NCBI GenBank assembly: GCA_963674825.1
Contig: OY771587.1
Span: 3,543,812 to 3,607,811 of the forward strand
Source: Candidatus Cloacimonadales bacterium
Lineage (GTDB): Bacteria > Cloacimonadota > Cloacimonadia > Cloacimonadales > JAIOQZ01
Direction: 5' to 3'
DNA length: 64,000 bases
Both the position numbers and the translations under genes were made by a program. Below are positions 38,700 to 49,668 of this stretch, one piece after another. Numbering within the stretch: position 1 is the first letter of the stretch; each line of letters begins with the position of its first letter. The notes under the pieces are model-generated. The model was not told the DNA's origin. It did not search any database and worked only from the letters and a program-made list of their open reading frames with translations.

Positions 38700-40862
38700 A
38701 TGAGTACGCAATCATCATCTCGGAAGTTCGCAATGCACGCCACCCTCACGCTCTTGTATTTCACTATCCCAGGGATTGTCGCTCTGCTTGCGATCTCCAG
38801 CATAAATGACCATTCAAATGAATCTGCAAACACATGGCTCGTTTCCTATCTCATTGTTTTCATTACTTGTTTGAGTTTTCTTACCTGGAAACTCGTCTCC
38901 CGGCATCGTAAGCAGAATCGTGCTCTCCAGCAATTACTGGACGAAACCGGAAGCATGGCTCGAGCAATCAAGGCAGGTAATCTCTCGTATCGTGCTAATC
39001 CAACAAATGTCGAAAATCAATACTCGCAAATCATTAATGACTTCAATCGCATGATATCCACCTGTCACGGACCGATGAAAATCATGCAGGATCACATCGA
39101 GCAGATTGCCACGGGACAGATACCGCCCAAAATCGAAGAGGAATATAGCGGTGAACTGGATCAAATCAGACGTAGCATCAATAAGGCGGTCAGCGTAACG
39201 GAGAACCTACTTGGTGAAGCAAGACTCTTGATCATCGCAATCAAAGCCGGAAAACTCGATGTTCGTGGCGATTGGTCAAAGTTCGAGAATCGTTGGGCAA
39301 AGCTGATCTATGGTATCAACGAAGTCGTAGAAAACTTTGTCGAGCCCATCCAGATCACATCCGAAAAAATCCTTGCGATCAGTCAGGGTGTTATCCCAAA
39401 GAAGGTCGAGCAGAAGTTCGAGGGTGATTTCAACATTCTGATATCCAGCATCAACACTGCCATTGACGGGCTGCAAGCACTTGAAAACGCAAACCGCATC
39501 TTGCAGAAAGTGGCGGTGAACGATCTGACCGAAAGGGCATCCGAAAACTACCACGGTATCTTCAACAACATTTCGGGAGCGGTAAACGCTGTGATCGAGA
39601 ACCTGCATAAAATCGAAGATGCTTCCGAGAAGTTGTCACGTGGTGATATGAGAGCCCTCACCGACTTCCAGAAGATGGAACGGCTCTCGAAAAACGATAT
39701 CCTAACGCCATCGCTGCAATCTATGATCGCGGCGATCAATTCCATGGTGGAAGAGGCACGCAGCCTGATGCGCGCCGTACTGATGGGCGACCTTAAAAAT
39801 CGTGCGGATCTCGAACAGTTTGATGGCGAGTTCAGGACTGTCATCAGTGGGATCAACCAGATCATGAACGTCATCATGAAACCGATCGAAGAAGTAATGT
39901 GCGTGATGGAGCGAATCGCCGAGAAGGACCTTACGCCTTGCGTTAAGGGCAACTACAAGGGTCAACTGGCTGAGTTCCAGGAGAACGTGAACAATGCCGC
40001 ATCCAATCTACGCAACGCGTTACAGCAGGTCGAATCATCCGTGTCGCAGATCGATTCGGCGTCGATACAGATTTCCGACGGTGCTCAAAATCTGGCGCAG
40101 GGAGCATCTCAACAGGCGGAATCGCTTCATGGGGTGAATGACAACGTGAAGGAGATGGAACGTCTCACGCAGCTCAATGCGGAAAATGCACAAGTTGGCG
40201 CGAAGCTCGCTAAAGAAACACTCGAGAAGGTCGATGCCGGCACAAACGCAATGAATCGAATGAACGAAGCGATATCGGCAATTGCGGCATCATCTGAGGA
40301 GACAGGTAAGATTCTCAAGACCATCGATGAAATAGCATTCCAGACCAATATACTGGCATTGAACGCTGCGGTGGAAGCTGCACGGGCCGGGGCGGCAGGA
40401 AAAGGCTTTGCCGTTGTTGCGGAAGAAGTGAAAAACCTCGCGCAGCGAAGTGCATCCGCTGCACACGACACCGGAATTCTGATCGAAGAAGCCAAGCGAA
40501 ACGCGACAAGCGGTGTATCGATTGTCAGCGACGCTACGACGCGCTTTGAGGAGATTCAGGAGAGCATCGAGAAGGTTAACGGAATCATACAACAAGTCAG
40601 CGAGATATCTCAGGCGCAGACCTCCGAGATCCGCAATATCAATTCAGCTCTCGGTGAGCTGAACCACGTGACGCAGGCGAATGCTTCCAACGCCGAAGAA
40701 TCCTCGAGCGCTTCCGAAGAATTACGCAGTCAGGCTCATGAGCTCAAGGCGATGGTGGCGCAATTCGATATTGAGGTTGATCCTGATCTCGAGCCAGACA
40801 GGCATCTCCCCCAACCCGAGCGTCGAATCAAAGAAATCGAGTTTATGGAGGACGAAGCCTGA
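38700..40862 (+). CDS. Methyl-accepting chemotaxis protein with a long poly-HAMP array
   Basis: ATG at 38700 is preceded by CAGGAGG. It has two TM helices, repeated ~50-aa HAMP-like units, and the signalling hairpin [41 protein letters not shown]. Confidence 0.9.
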   Translation: MSTQSSSRKFAMHATLTLLYFTIPGIVALLAISSINDHSNESANTWLVSYLIVFITCLSFLTWKLVSRHRKQNRALQQLLDETGSMARAIKAGNLSYRANPTNVENQYSQIINDFNRMISTCHGPMKIMQDHIEQIATGQIPPKIEEEYSGELDQIRRSINKAVSVTENLLGEARLLIIAIKAGKLDVRGDWSKFENRWAKLIYGINEVVENFVEPIQITSEKILAISQGVIPKKVEQKFEGDFNILISSINTAIDGLQALENANRILQKVAVNDLTERASENYHGIFNNISGAVNAVIENLHKIEDASEKLSRGDMRALTDFQKMERLSKNDILTPSLQSMIAAINSMVEEARSLMRAVLMGDLKNRADLEQFDGEFRTVISGINQIMNVIMKPIEEVMCVMERIAEKDLTPCVKGNYKGQLAEFQENVNNAASNLRNALQQVESSVSQIDSASIQISDGAQNLAQGASQQAESLHGVNDNVKEMERLTQLNAENAQVGAKLAKETLEKVDAGTNAMNRMNEAISAIAASSEETGKILKTIDEIAFQTNILALNAAVEAARAGAAGKGFAVVAEEVKNLAQRSASAAHDTGILIEEAKRNATSGVSIVSDATTRFEEIQESIEKVNGIIQQVSEISQAQTSEIRNINSALGELNHVTQANASNAEESSSASEELRSQAHELKAMVAQFDIEVDPDLEPDRHLPQPERRIKEIEFMEDEA

Positions 40863-40949
40863 TATCGACCAATCGACAATAAGCAGATATTGTTTAGAAT
40901 CCCTTCGAACGTAATTTGATTAGGAAGAAAGCTCAGAGATAGTATAAAC

Positions 40950-42617
40950 CTACTGATACGATCTCAGCGCTTCAGCGATATTGAGCGAGTGGTCGCCGAT
41001 ATGCTCCAGATGTCGCAGAAGGTCGATGTAGAGCAATTCAGCACGGACATCCGCACCTTCCTGGATTCGTTTCTGTGCGCCTTTTTTCAGCTTATGGCGA
41101 GATTGATCGACCTTTTTCTCCAGCTCGAGCGCCAAGTATAGTTCATCTTCGCTCAAGTGTCGAATCATACGTTCCTGCACGAAAATGATAAACTTCATGA
41201 CGATGCTGGAAAACGCTGTGATCTCTTCATCGGCAGCAGGATGAAGCTCAATCTTTTTGTGGCGTTTCTTTTCGATTAGCAAAATCAGCCGGAAAGCGCT
41301 GTCAGCGATGTTCTCGAGCTCGTGCGTGATGCGCAGCATAGCGTTGATGTTATTGGTGGTTTTCTCCCCCACACCTTCTTCCAAACAATGTACCAGGAAC
41401 ATTGATATCTGTTCCTGCATTTGGTCCGTGTAATCTTCGCGCTGCTTGATCTCATCGACAGTCTCGCCCATGTGCTTATCGGGATTGTGAAACACCTCGA
41501 TCGCGCTGGCAACCATATCAGCACCGATACGAGCCATCTTCTTGATCTCGGATTGCACCTTGAAAAGGTTCATCTGTACGGTGTCCTGAATACCTGATGA
41601 TATATACGCAAGCTTGTATACGCGTGATATCTCGTCTTTGCGTTCCTTCACAAGCTTATTCACAAGCTGTGCAAAAGGCGTTATAAAGGGTAGAAACACG
41701 AGTGTGTTACTGATATTGAATATTGTGTGGAAAAGTGAGAGATTGAGCGGAAGATTCTCCTGGAGAGTCGCGTCCCACGGCGCAAGCCAGAGGATGAATC
41801 GAAGGAAGGCATTGAAGATAAACGTCAGCCAGATCACTCCGAAGACGTTGAACAGGAAGTGCGCTCTCGCAGCCCGTCGCGCGTGAACATTCGTCCCAAT
41901 CGAGGCCAGGTAGGCCGTGATTGTCGTGCCAATATTCTCACCCAGTACGATCGCGGCTGCGGTCGGGAAATCGATCCAGCCTTTGAAAGCCATGGTTACG
42001 GTTACCGCCATCGCCGCGCTGGAAGACTGCACGATAATCGTGAGTACCGTTCCCACCGCAACGAAAATCAGGTACGACCAGAAACCCATGCTGGAGTAGT
42101 TTTTGAGAAATTCGAGGATTTCGGGATGGTTCTTGATATCGGGGACTGAATCTTTAAGGAATGTCAGGCCGAGGAAGAGAAGGCCGAATCCGACCAGCAC
42201 CATACCGAAGTTTTTATAGCTGTGTTTACGAGAAAGGACAAACGGGAAACCGACACCGATAATCGGGATCGCAATTGCGCTGATCTTGAACTTGAAGCCA
42301 AAGTAGGATACGATCCAGGTCGTGACCGTGGTACCGATATTCGCGCCCATGATCACGCCGATCGCCTGTTGCAGATTCAACAGCATGGCGTTGACGAAGC
42401 TGACGACCATCACGGTCGTCGCGGAGGACGATTGAACCAGGGCAGTAATCATGAAACCGGTGAGAACAGCGACGACCCTGTTGCGCGTCATGAAATTCAT
42501 GATCGCCTGCATGCGGTCGCCAGCAAGTTTCTGTATGCCGTCGCTCATCACGCGCATACCGTACAAAAAGACTCCAAGCGCTCCAACGAGGTGTAAAATC
42601 GTAACGATTACATCCAT
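40950..42617 (-). CDS. Na+/phosphate cotransporter family protein with C-terminal PhoU-like domains
   Basis: GMRVMSDGIQKLAG...ALVQSSSATTVM and QSSSAAMAVT repeats. C-terminal PhoU-like helices (HIGDHSLNIAEA). Start placed at MDVIV (42617). Confidence 0.85.
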   Translation of the reverse strand: MDVIVTILHLVGALGVFLYGMRVMSDGIQKLAGDRMQAIMNFMTRNRVVAVLTGFMITALVQSSSATTVMVVSFVNAMLLNLQQAIGVIMGANIGTTVTTWIVSYFGFKFKISAIAIPIIGVGFPFVLSRKHSYKNFGMVLVGFGLLFLGLTFLKDSVPDIKNHPEILEFLKNYSSMGFWSYLIFVAVGTVLTIIVQSSSAAMAVTVTMAFKGWIDFPTAAAIVLGENIGTTITAYLASIGTNVHARRAARAHFLFNVFGVIWLTFIFNAFLRFILWLAPWDATLQENLPLNLSLFHTIFNISNTLVFLPFITPFAQLVNKLVKERKDEISRVYKLAYISSGIQDTVQMNLFKVQSEIKKMARIGADMVASAIEVFHNPDKHMGETVDEIKQREDYTDQMQEQISMFLVHCLEEGVGEKTTNNINAMLRITHELENIADSAFRLILLIEKKRHKKIELHPAADEEITAFSSIVMKFIIFVQERMIRHLSEDELYLALELEKKVDQSRHKLKKGAQKRIQEGADVRAELLYIDLLRHLEHIGDHSLNIAEALRSYQ

Positions 42618-42803
42618 CCACTCTACTCCGAAAGGATTGTTTGTGTGCTTTTTGCGAAGATCCTTACATACCGTCAACAAATAAATCGGGAACGGTTGTC
42701 CGACCCCGACACGAAACCGTTGTAAAAACAGTAATAGGTTCCAATTGGTGACGTTGCTTTTTTTCTCTTATAATCTGTGGTACAACATTATCATGGAATA
42801 AGG

Positions 42804-43478
42804 TCAGGAAAACAGTTTTCCCGTGGCAATTATCAGCTCGTCAAGCTGATTCGCGACCAGATGCGCATCCTGCTCGATGGCTTCCCACTCGTGTTTTGCA
42901 TGTATATCGCGCACCGCAAAGACACGCATACCTGCATTGAGTGCGGCCTTGACGCCAGCATGAACATCCTCGAATACCAGGCATCGTTCTGGCTCTACGC
43001 CGATAAGCTCCGCGGCTTTCAGGAAAATGTCTGGATAGGGCTTGCCGCGCAGCTCGCCTTCACCGGCCACGATCGCGTTGAAATATCGAAGGACGTGGTT
43101 TGCCTTCAACACTTTTTCCGCCAGAAACTTTGAGTTGCTGGTTCCAACGGCAATGCGAATGTCGTTATCCTCGAGCAGTGCCAGGAGTTCCAGTGTACCT
43201 TGCTTCAATCCGATATCGCAGCAGTAGTGATGAGCGACCATATCGGTCCATTCCTGGATGATCTCCTCTGGGGATTCGGGAAGCCCGAATTTCTGCTTGA
43301 AATACAAAGCTACTTCGAAGAAGCTGTTTCCTTCTTTGAGGTCTTGAAAAAGATCGTCAGGGACCGCGATCCCACGCTTTTCGAGGAATTCCACATCAAC
43401 CTGCGTCCACACGCCCATCGAGTCGATCAGCGTTCCGTCCAGGTCAAAGATTACTGCGTCTATCTGTCGTTTCATCAT
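42804..43478 (-). CDS. HAD-superfamily hydrolase (beta-phosphoglucomutase-like subfamily IA)
   Basis: Motif I AVIFDLDGTLIDS, motif II VGTSN, motif III/IV KPYPD...VFEDVHAG. The ATGATGA arrangement overlaps the phnE stop. The longer listed ORF overlaps phnE and is rejected. Confidence 0.85.
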   Translation of the reverse strand: MMKRQIDAVIFDLDGTLIDSMGVWTQVDVEFLEKRGIAVPDDLFQDLKEGNSFFEVALYFKQKFGLPESPEEIIQEWTDMVAHHYCCDIGLKQGTLELLALLEDNDIRIAVGTSNSKFLAEKVLKANHVLRYFNAIVAGEGELRGKPYPDIFLKAAELIGVEPERCLVFEDVHAGVKAALNAGMRVFAVRDIHAKHEWEAIEQDAHLVANQLDELIIATGKLFS

Positions 43479-44467
43479 ATATCCAATAGTTTTGCCCTGA
43501 CTTTTCCACTCACAAGATCCATCAGCCACACAGTCAGCGCGATAAGCCAGATGATCACACCGACATTTTGCCATGCAAGCATCTGCTGTTGCTGCTGGAG
43601 GGCCAGCCCGATACCGCCGCCGCCTACGAAACCGACGATGGTCGCCATACGGACGTTGATATCCCAACGATAGATGGTGAAAGCCAGGAAGGGTGAAAGA
43701 ATTTGCGGGATTACCGCATACCACCAGACCCAGAAACCGCCTGCGCCCGTGGCTTTGATGGCCTCGACCGGGCCCGAATCGATGTTCTCGATCTGCTCGG
43801 AATATAGCTTGGTCAACGCTGCGATAGAATGGATCATCAGCGCCAGCATACCGGCAAATGGCCCAATGCCGACCCATACCGAAAAGATGATAGCCCAAAC
43901 GATCGCCTCCACGCTACGAAAGATTGTTGCAATGGTGCGTATCAGTAAATAGATACTGTTGCCAAGAAAGGTGCGCGGCATAAGGTTCCTTGATGCCAGG
44001 AAACTGAATCCGAACGCGAAGGGAATCGCGAGAACCGTTGCCAGCAACGCCAGGAAGATGGTCTCCATAAGCGCTTTGAGCAGCGGCATCATGAGCTTGA
44101 AATTGGGCTGAAAGAGTCCCGAGACGATATGCTTTGCGTTACCCGCCCGGGTGAAAAGCTTATAGGGGTTGATCTCCACGACGACCCATCCCACCACGAA
44201 CGTAATCACGATCGTGAGAATAACCGTCCAGGTTCCGACGCTCTTGAACCAAGGAGTATCGTTCTTCCCCATGATATAGCGGCATCCGGGACTGTGTCCG
44301 GTCAGATTCAGGATCACGGCCGGAAGCCAGCCGAAGAGGCCGTAATGCCAGATGGTGGCATCGGGAAGAAACCAGTGGTTGATAAGATAGGTGATGCATC
44401 CGCCGAGGTACATCCAGATGAGGATATCCATCCCCATCGCCTGTGTGCGCTTCTTCTGGCCTTTCAT
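43475..44467 (-). CDS. phnE: Phosphonate/phosphite ABC transporter permease
   Basis: Multi-TM protein with an EAA-like loop (GPVEAIKATGAG) in a phnDCE gene order. Overlaps phnC by 4 nt. Confidence 0.8.
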   Translation of the reverse strand: MKGQKKRTQAMGMDILIWMYLGGCITYLINHWFLPDATIWHYGLFGWLPAVILNLTGHSPGCRYIMGKNDTPWFKSVGTWTVILTIVITFVVGWVVVEINPYKLFTRAGNAKHIVSGLFQPNFKLMMPLLKALMETIFLALLATVLAIPFAFGFSFLASRNLMPRTFLGNSIYLLIRTIATIFRSVEAIVWAIIFSVWVGIGPFAGMLALMIHSIAALTKLYSEQIENIDSGPVEAIKATGAGGFWVWWYAVIPQILSPFLAFTIYRWDINVRMATIVGFVGGGGIGLALQQQQQMLAWQNVGVIIWLIALTVWLMDLVSGKVRAKLLDI

Positions 44468-45222
44468 CGGATCTCAACCTCCTCCGCGTCCTCACCGTAG
44501 ATTTCGCGGAATCGCTCATTATCGACAGTCGACGGTGCGCCGTCATACACGACCTTCCCATCTTTCAGCGCCACGACGCGCGATCCGTATTTTCTTGCCA
44601 AACTCAAAAAGTGTAGCGAGCAGACCACCGTGATGCTGTCTTTGCGGTTGAGTTCGCCCAGATAGCGCATGACCGTATCCGCCGTGGCGGGATCGAGGCT
44701 TGCTACCGGCTCATCGGCGAGGATAAGCTGCGGCTCCTGCATCAGCGCTCTGGCGATGGCCACACGCTGCTGCTGTCCACCGCTGAGGTTGCGCACCTGG
44801 CGCGACGCGAAATCGGTCAGACCGACACGCTCCAGCGCGACTCTGGCACGGGCAATCTCATCCCGTTTCCAGGGCAGTGTCAGCGAGCCGAAACCGTTCA
44901 TCGACCCCAAGCGTCCGGTCAGGACATTAGTCATTACACTGAGATTGCGCACAAGGTTGAATTGCTGGAATATCATGCCGATACGATGCCTGATTTCACG
45001 CAGTTCTTTAGATGAAGCCTTCTCGACATGTTTATCGTCGAATACGATCTCGCCGCTGGATGGTTCGATCAGCCTGTTGATGCACCGGAGCAGCGTCGAT
45101 TTACCCGAGCCGGAAAGCCCGAGCAGAATAACGAATTCACCTTTCTCTACCTTTAGGTCGATACCCTTAAGCGCATGTGTGCCATCAGCGTAGTATTTAT
45201 GTAATGACGAGATATACAGCAT
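44464..45222 (-). CDS. phnC: Phosphonate/phosphite ABC transporter ATP-binding protein
   Basis: Walker [10 protein letters not shown], signature LSGGQQQR, Walker B LILADEP, and a PhnC-like N-terminus ([15 protein letters not shown]). Confidence 0.88.
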   Translation of the reverse strand: MLYISSLHKYYADGTHALKGIDLKVEKGEFVILLGLSGSGKSTLLRCINRLIEPSSGEIVFDDKHVEKASSKELREIRHRIGMIFQQFNLVRNLSVMTNVLTGRLGSMNGFGSLTLPWKRDEIARARVALERVGLTDFASRQVRNLSGGQQQRVAIARALMQEPQLILADEPVASLDPATADTVMRYLGELNRKDSITVVCSLHFLSLARKYGSRVVALKDGKVVYDGAPSTVDNERFREIYGEDAEEVEIR

Positions 45223-45224
45223 AG

Positions 45225-46127
45225 TTATTTTACGAACGAATCAGCCGTTATATTGAGCGTTTCGAGCGTCTTGCGCACAACGTCGTAATCCGAATCTTGC
45301 GCCCTTACGAAACCGTCGATCTCATATAGATTGTACATGATATCATGGCCTTTTTCGGTCTCCACGATCTCGAGCAGCGCATTAACAATCTGCTCTTTCA
45401 GGTCTTCCGGGAATTCCGCGCGGAAGGTGACGGTGTCGTTCGGAATCCATTCAGTGTAGGCGAACGGAACCACTTTCTCCATAACATCGGGGTAGGTCTG
45501 CAAGACGTGTGTACGCGCATCCTGGGGCTTGCCGTCTTTGTCCGGCGACCAATAGGTGCAACCGACATCGGCATTACCTTCGTAAACCGCAAGTATGGAT
45601 TGAGGATGGCCACCCGAGAAGTAGTAGTTCTCCGGCTCCACGCCGAGTCCCTTCAGCATTGCCGAGGGATAGATATGGCCGGAAGTGGATGCCGCGTCGG
45701 TGTAGGCAACGATCTTGCCCTGAACATCCTCGAGCGTCTCGATTCCGCTGCCTGCGCGGGACACGAACTGTCCGCGATATTCTTTAAGACCGTTGCGCAC
45801 GACGGTAAGCCCGACGTGAGCGTTGTATTTCTGATTCGCCAGCACATACGCAAAAGTCGCGAGCCAGCCGATATCGGCTTCTTTTGTGTTCATGGTTTCG
45901 ATCACAGCCGCGTAGCTGGTCGGAACGCCCACTTTGAAGAAAAGCCCCGTCTTCTCGTGAAGAAGCTCGGAGATGGCCTCAGCGCCGGTGATTACACGTC
46001 CCGCCTCCATTGACGGCACGAAGTACATTTTGATCGGGTTGTCCTTGGATCCCAACGGACCCTTTTCCGCGCTGCATCCCGCAAGCAGGAACGCTACAAC
46101 GACCAGTAAATACAATATGTTTCTCAT
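45225..46127 (-). CDS. phnD: Phosphonate/phosphite/phosphate ABC transporter substrate-binding lipoprotein
   Basis: Lipobox LLAGC-S. PhnD-like PIKMYFVPS...TSYAAVIETMNTKEADIGWLATFAYVLA. Confidence 0.82.
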   Translation of the reverse strand: MRNILYLLVVVAFLLAGCSAEKGPLGSKDNPIKMYFVPSMEAGRVITGAEAISELLHEKTGLFFKVGVPTSYAAVIETMNTKEADIGWLATFAYVLANQKYNAHVGLTVVRNGLKEYRGQFVSRAGSGIETLEDVQGKIVAYTDAASTSGHIYPSAMLKGLGVEPENYYFSGGHPQSILAVYEGNADVGCTYWSPDKDGKPQDARTHVLQTYPDVMEKVVPFAYTEWIPNDTVTFRAEFPEDLKEQIVNALLEIVETEKGHDIMYNLYEIDGFVRAQDSDYDVVRKTLETLNITADSFVK

Positions 46128-46288
46128 GTTGTCTCCATCGATGATTTTTCATGCCAAGAATGGTAGAGTGCACTGCCGGAAGCAAGTTATTTTCTTTTCG
46201 CTAGGGTACGCGGACACCTCGCTTGCATTTCTCCTTTCTAACCCTCGCCATTTTCTCAGGGAGAGGGTCGGTTCGACGAAGGAGAACG

Positions 46289-47896
46289 CTATTTCAACAG
46301 CGTCACCTTCCTTGTGCTTAGCTGCTTGCCCTCTGCGGTTAGCTTGCAAGTATAGATCCCACTCGCTTTGTCTTCTGGCTTCCAGACTGCGGTTTCACCG
46401 GCATGATCGACCGCAATCGTTTCCACCTTTTGCCCTCGTATGTTATAGATTTCTATCGTCAGATCATGATATTCAGCATCCGTCTTGATCTCGAATGAAA
46501 TCTCCGGGTTGAACGGGTTGGGGTAGGCGTTGAAGGTGATATCAGCCAGCGGAACCGTCTCGTCATCTATCGGATCAAGGTCTTGTTCAACAAGATCCTC
46601 ATGGCCGCCGTAAACGTACACATAACCAAAGTTATTAGGTGAAGCGCTACCCGCATCGCCATAGGCTCCCACCGCAATATCGTCATAGCCGTCGTTATCG
46701 AAATCGCCAACGGCATGACCACTACTTGTACCATACCCGGGTTCGAATGTGTAGCCATAATAGTCCCAGGTACCGTTCTGATCGCCTATATAAAAAAACA
46801 AGTATCCCGCATCGCCCGTTGAGATAATATGAGTATCTACCAGATCTCCCTTGCCATCCCCATTGATATCGCCGAATGAAGGATTGAAATAGGAGTAGAA
46901 TTCAATATGGCCATACCAGTCCCAGTGAATGGTTTCGCCTCCACGCCACAGGCGACAACCAGGGGAAACACTGCCATCATCGGTAGCGTCGTAATAAGAT
47001 AGGACAAAGTCATCGTACCCATCTCCGTTCCAATCTCCGGCAGGATTAAGTTCATACCATAAATTGAGTGTCGAATGATAATCTAGACTATAATCAGGAG
47101 TGGTATCTTGGGTTGTGCCACCGTAGAAAAAACGATTAAAAAAACACCACAATAACGAACCGTCAGGTTGTTCGATATAATCTGGTTGAAAGTAATAGCT
47201 AAAATCATCATAACCGTCACCATTCACATCGCCAAGACCGCGAAAACCCTTGCCATTTCGTGTGTAGATTCCTTCCACAAACCCCACCTTCTCGAAGCTG
47301 CCGCCATACACGATGGAGTAGGTAAGGTAGTGATTGCCTTCGGTTATTCCCGCATCATCGTATCCGTCGCCGTTGATATCGCCAAGCGGGTGGATTTCGG
47401 CGTATGTATCACTGATTTCATATTCGTAGTCAGGGATCGTATCGTTGACGGTGTTGCCGAGAAGGATACGCATCTGTCGATATGTGTGATAAAGACCGTC
47501 AAAGGTAACTTCGATATAATTGTAACCAATATCGTCACACCCATCATTGTTCATGTCGCCAAGATTACTGATATACTCAGATGCAATGATGTGATGAAAT
47601 GCGGTGTCCGCCGGTGCTGATATTGACAAATCAGGTGTCTCTGGCAAACCCGTATCTGATCCGAAATAAATATAGAGTTTTCCCCTATGTAGAACATGAT
47701 CAGGATCATTATAATATTTCCTTGCATTTACAGCCAAATCATCAATGCCATCACCATTGAAGTCAAGGGCAATTACCATTTTCCCAAACTCATCACTAGG
47801 TAATTCGCCTTGCATCTGCCAGACAACATCGAGCTGGTTTTCGGCGTATATCAGTACGCTCATGGCTAGTAAAATCAATATATGTAGGTAACGCAT
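46289..47896 (-). CDS. Secreted seven-repeat FG-GAP/VCBS-type beta-propeller protein with C-terminal sorting-type domain, paralog 1 of 4 (last in transcription order)
   Basis: ATG at 47896 is preceded by GGAGGG. Signal peptide MRYLHILILLAMSVLIYA. Seven GDxNGDGxDD-type repeats. C-terminus YPNPFNPEISFE...KVTLLK. Confidence 0.85.
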   Translation of the reverse strand: MRYLHILILLAMSVLIYAENQLDVVWQMQGELPSDEFGKMVIALDFNGDGIDDLAVNARKYYNDPDHVLHRGKLYIYFGSDTGLPETPDLSISAPADTAFHHIIASEYISNLGDMNNDGCDDIGYNYIEVTFDGLYHTYRQMRILLGNTVNDTIPDYEYEISDTYAEIHPLGDINGDGYDDAGITEGNHYLTYSIVYGGSFEKVGFVEGIYTRNGKGFRGLGDVNGDGYDDFSYYFQPDYIEQPDGSLLWCFFNRFFYGGTTQDTTPDYSLDYHSTLNLWYELNPAGDWNGDGYDDFVLSYYDATDDGSVSPGCRLWRGGETIHWDWYGHIEFYSYFNPSFGDINGDGKGDLVDTHIISTGDAGYLFFYIGDQNGTWDYYGYTFEPGYGTSSGHAVGDFDNDGYDDIAVGAYGDAGSASPNNFGYVYVYGGHEDLVEQDLDPIDDETVPLADITFNAYPNPFNPEISFEIKTDAEYHDLTIEIYNIRGQKVETIAVDHAGETAVWKPEDKASGIYTCKLTAEGKQLSTRKVTLLK

Positions 47897-47978
47897 GGTT
47901 GCCCTCCATTCTGTGCTGCTGTTGTGTCTTCTCAACCCTACGCAACTTAAAAACACAATTTATTCCAATTTTCAAGCG

Positions 47979-49586
47979 CTATTTCAGTAGCGTCACCTTC
48001 CTTGTGCTTAGCCGCTTGCCCTCCGCAGTAAGCTTGCATGTATAGATCCCACTCGCTTTGTCTTTCGGTTTCCAGGTTACGGTTTCACCGGCATGATCGA
48101 CCGCAATCGTTTCCACCTTTTGCCCTCGTATATTATAGATTTCTATTGTTAAATCATGGTATTCGGCGTCCGTCTTGATCTCAAACGACACCTCGGGGTT
48201 GAACGGGTTGGGGTAGGCGTTGAAGGTGATATCAGCCAGCGGAACCGTCTCGTCATCTATCGGATCAAGGTCTTGTTCAACAAGATCCTCATGGCCGCCG
48301 TAAACGTACACATAACCAAAGTTATTAGGTGAAGCGCTACCCGCATCGCCATAGGCTCCTACAGCGATATCATCGTAGCCATCGTTATCGAAATCGCCAA
48401 CGGCGTGTCCATTACTTGTACCATACCCGGGTTCGAATGTGTAGCCATTATAGTCCCAGGTACCGTTCTGATCGCCTATATAAAAAAACAAGTATCCCGC
48501 ATCGCCCGTTGAGATTATATAAGGATTAACCAGATCTCCCTTACCATCCCCATTGATATCGCCGAAAGAAGGATTCAGATTGGAATAGAATTCAATATGG
48601 CCATACCAGTCCCAGTGAATGGTTTCGCCTCCGCGCCACAGGCGACAACCAGGGGAAACACTGCCATCATCGGTAGCGTCGTAATAAGATAGGACAAAGT
48701 CATCGTACCCATCTCCGTTCCAATCTCCGGCAGGATACAACTCATAAAGAAAATTAATGATCGTGATATAATCCATACAATAGTCTGGCTCTGTGCTTAA
48801 GGTTGGGCTGCCGAAAAAAAAGTCATTTCGATAATGGTAAAGAAAAGAGCCGTCCGGTTGTTCTACCGGATCAGGTTGATGATTGTAGTAAAAATCATCA
48901 AAGCCATCACCATTCACATCACCAAGACCACGAAATCCTTTATCTTGCCATGTATATAGATTCTCCACAAACGTCACCTTCTCGAAGCTTCCGCCATACA
49001 CGATGGAGTAGGTAAGGTAGTGATTGCCTTCGGTTATTCCCGCATCATCGTATCCGTCGCCGTTGATATCGCCAAGCGGGTGGATTTCGGCGTATGTATC
49101 ACTGATTTCATATTCGTAGTCAGGGATCGTATCGTTGACGGTGTTGCCGAGAAGGATACGCATCTGTCGATATGTGTGATAAAGACCGTCAAAGGTTCGG
49201 TAGGTCGTTCTATATCCTATGTCATCGCAACTATCACCGTTCATGTCGCCCAGGTTCTGGATAAATCCCCATGAATCATGATACACAAATGTTGTGTCAA
49301 CCGGAGTAGATATCGTCATGTCGGGAGAATCCCCCAAACCATCATCAGAGCCAAAATATATATAAAGCTTGCCTCTTTGGTTTGTATAATTTTCATTCAA
49401 GTAGTATTGATATGCTGTTACAGCCAAATCATCGATATTATCACCGTTGAAATCAAGCGATTCAACATAATAACCGAAGCAATCACTTGATTGTTCACCT
49501 TGCATCTGCCAGACAACATCGAGCTGGTTTTCAGCGTATATCAGTACGCTCATGGCTAGTAAAATCAATATATGTAGGTAACGCAT
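47979..49586 (-). CDS. Secreted FG-GAP propeller protein with C-terminal sorting-type domain, paralog 2
   Basis: Same architecture as paralog 1. The leader and 5' UTR are identical to paralogs 1 and 3. Confidence 0.85.
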   Translation of the reverse strand: MRYLHILILLAMSVLIYAENQLDVVWQMQGEQSSDCFGYYVESLDFNGDNIDDLAVTAYQYYLNENYTNQRGKLYIYFGSDDGLGDSPDMTISTPVDTTFVYHDSWGFIQNLGDMNGDSCDDIGYRTTYRTFDGLYHTYRQMRILLGNTVNDTIPDYEYEISDTYAEIHPLGDINGDGYDDAGITEGNHYLTYSIVYGGSFEKVTFVENLYTWQDKGFRGLGDVNGDGFDDFYYNHQPDPVEQPDGSFLYHYRNDFFFGSPTLSTEPDYCMDYITIINFLYELYPAGDWNGDGYDDFVLSYYDATDDGSVSPGCRLWRGGETIHWDWYGHIEFYSNLNPSFGDINGDGKGDLVNPYIISTGDAGYLFFYIGDQNGTWDYNGYTFEPGYGTSNGHAVGDFDNDGYDDIAVGAYGDAGSASPNNFGYVYVYGGHEDLVEQDLDPIDDETVPLADITFNAYPNPFNPEVSFEIKTDAEYHDLTIEIYNIRGQKVETIAVDHAGETVTWKPKDKASGIYTCKLTAEGKRLSTRKVTLLK

Positions 49587-49668
49587 GGTTGCCCTCCATT
49601 CTGTGCTGCTGTTGTGTCTTCTCAACCCTACGCAACTTAAAAACACAATTTATTCCAATTTTCAAGCG

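Noticed and set aside
42690-42730. Hairpin AACGGTT-N17-AACCGTT between the HAD gene and the Na/Pi gene as a terminator
   Set aside because: No U-tract follows on the relevant (minus) strand and the loop is long, so the support is too weak to list as a feature.
43479-43898. N-terminal 140-aa extension of the HAD ORF (listed as 42804-43898)
   Set aside because: It overlaps phnE out of frame, is Arg/Gly/His-rich nonsense, and the HAD motif I (DLDGT) follows directly after the MMKRQ start at 43478.
47897-47956. 20-aa extension MFLSCVGLRRHNSSTEWRAT in front of FG-GAP paralogs 1 and 2 (also 49587-49646, 51277-51315)
   Set aside because: The ATG at MRYLHIL is preceded by GGAGGG and starts a canonical signal peptide. 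The extension would bury it.
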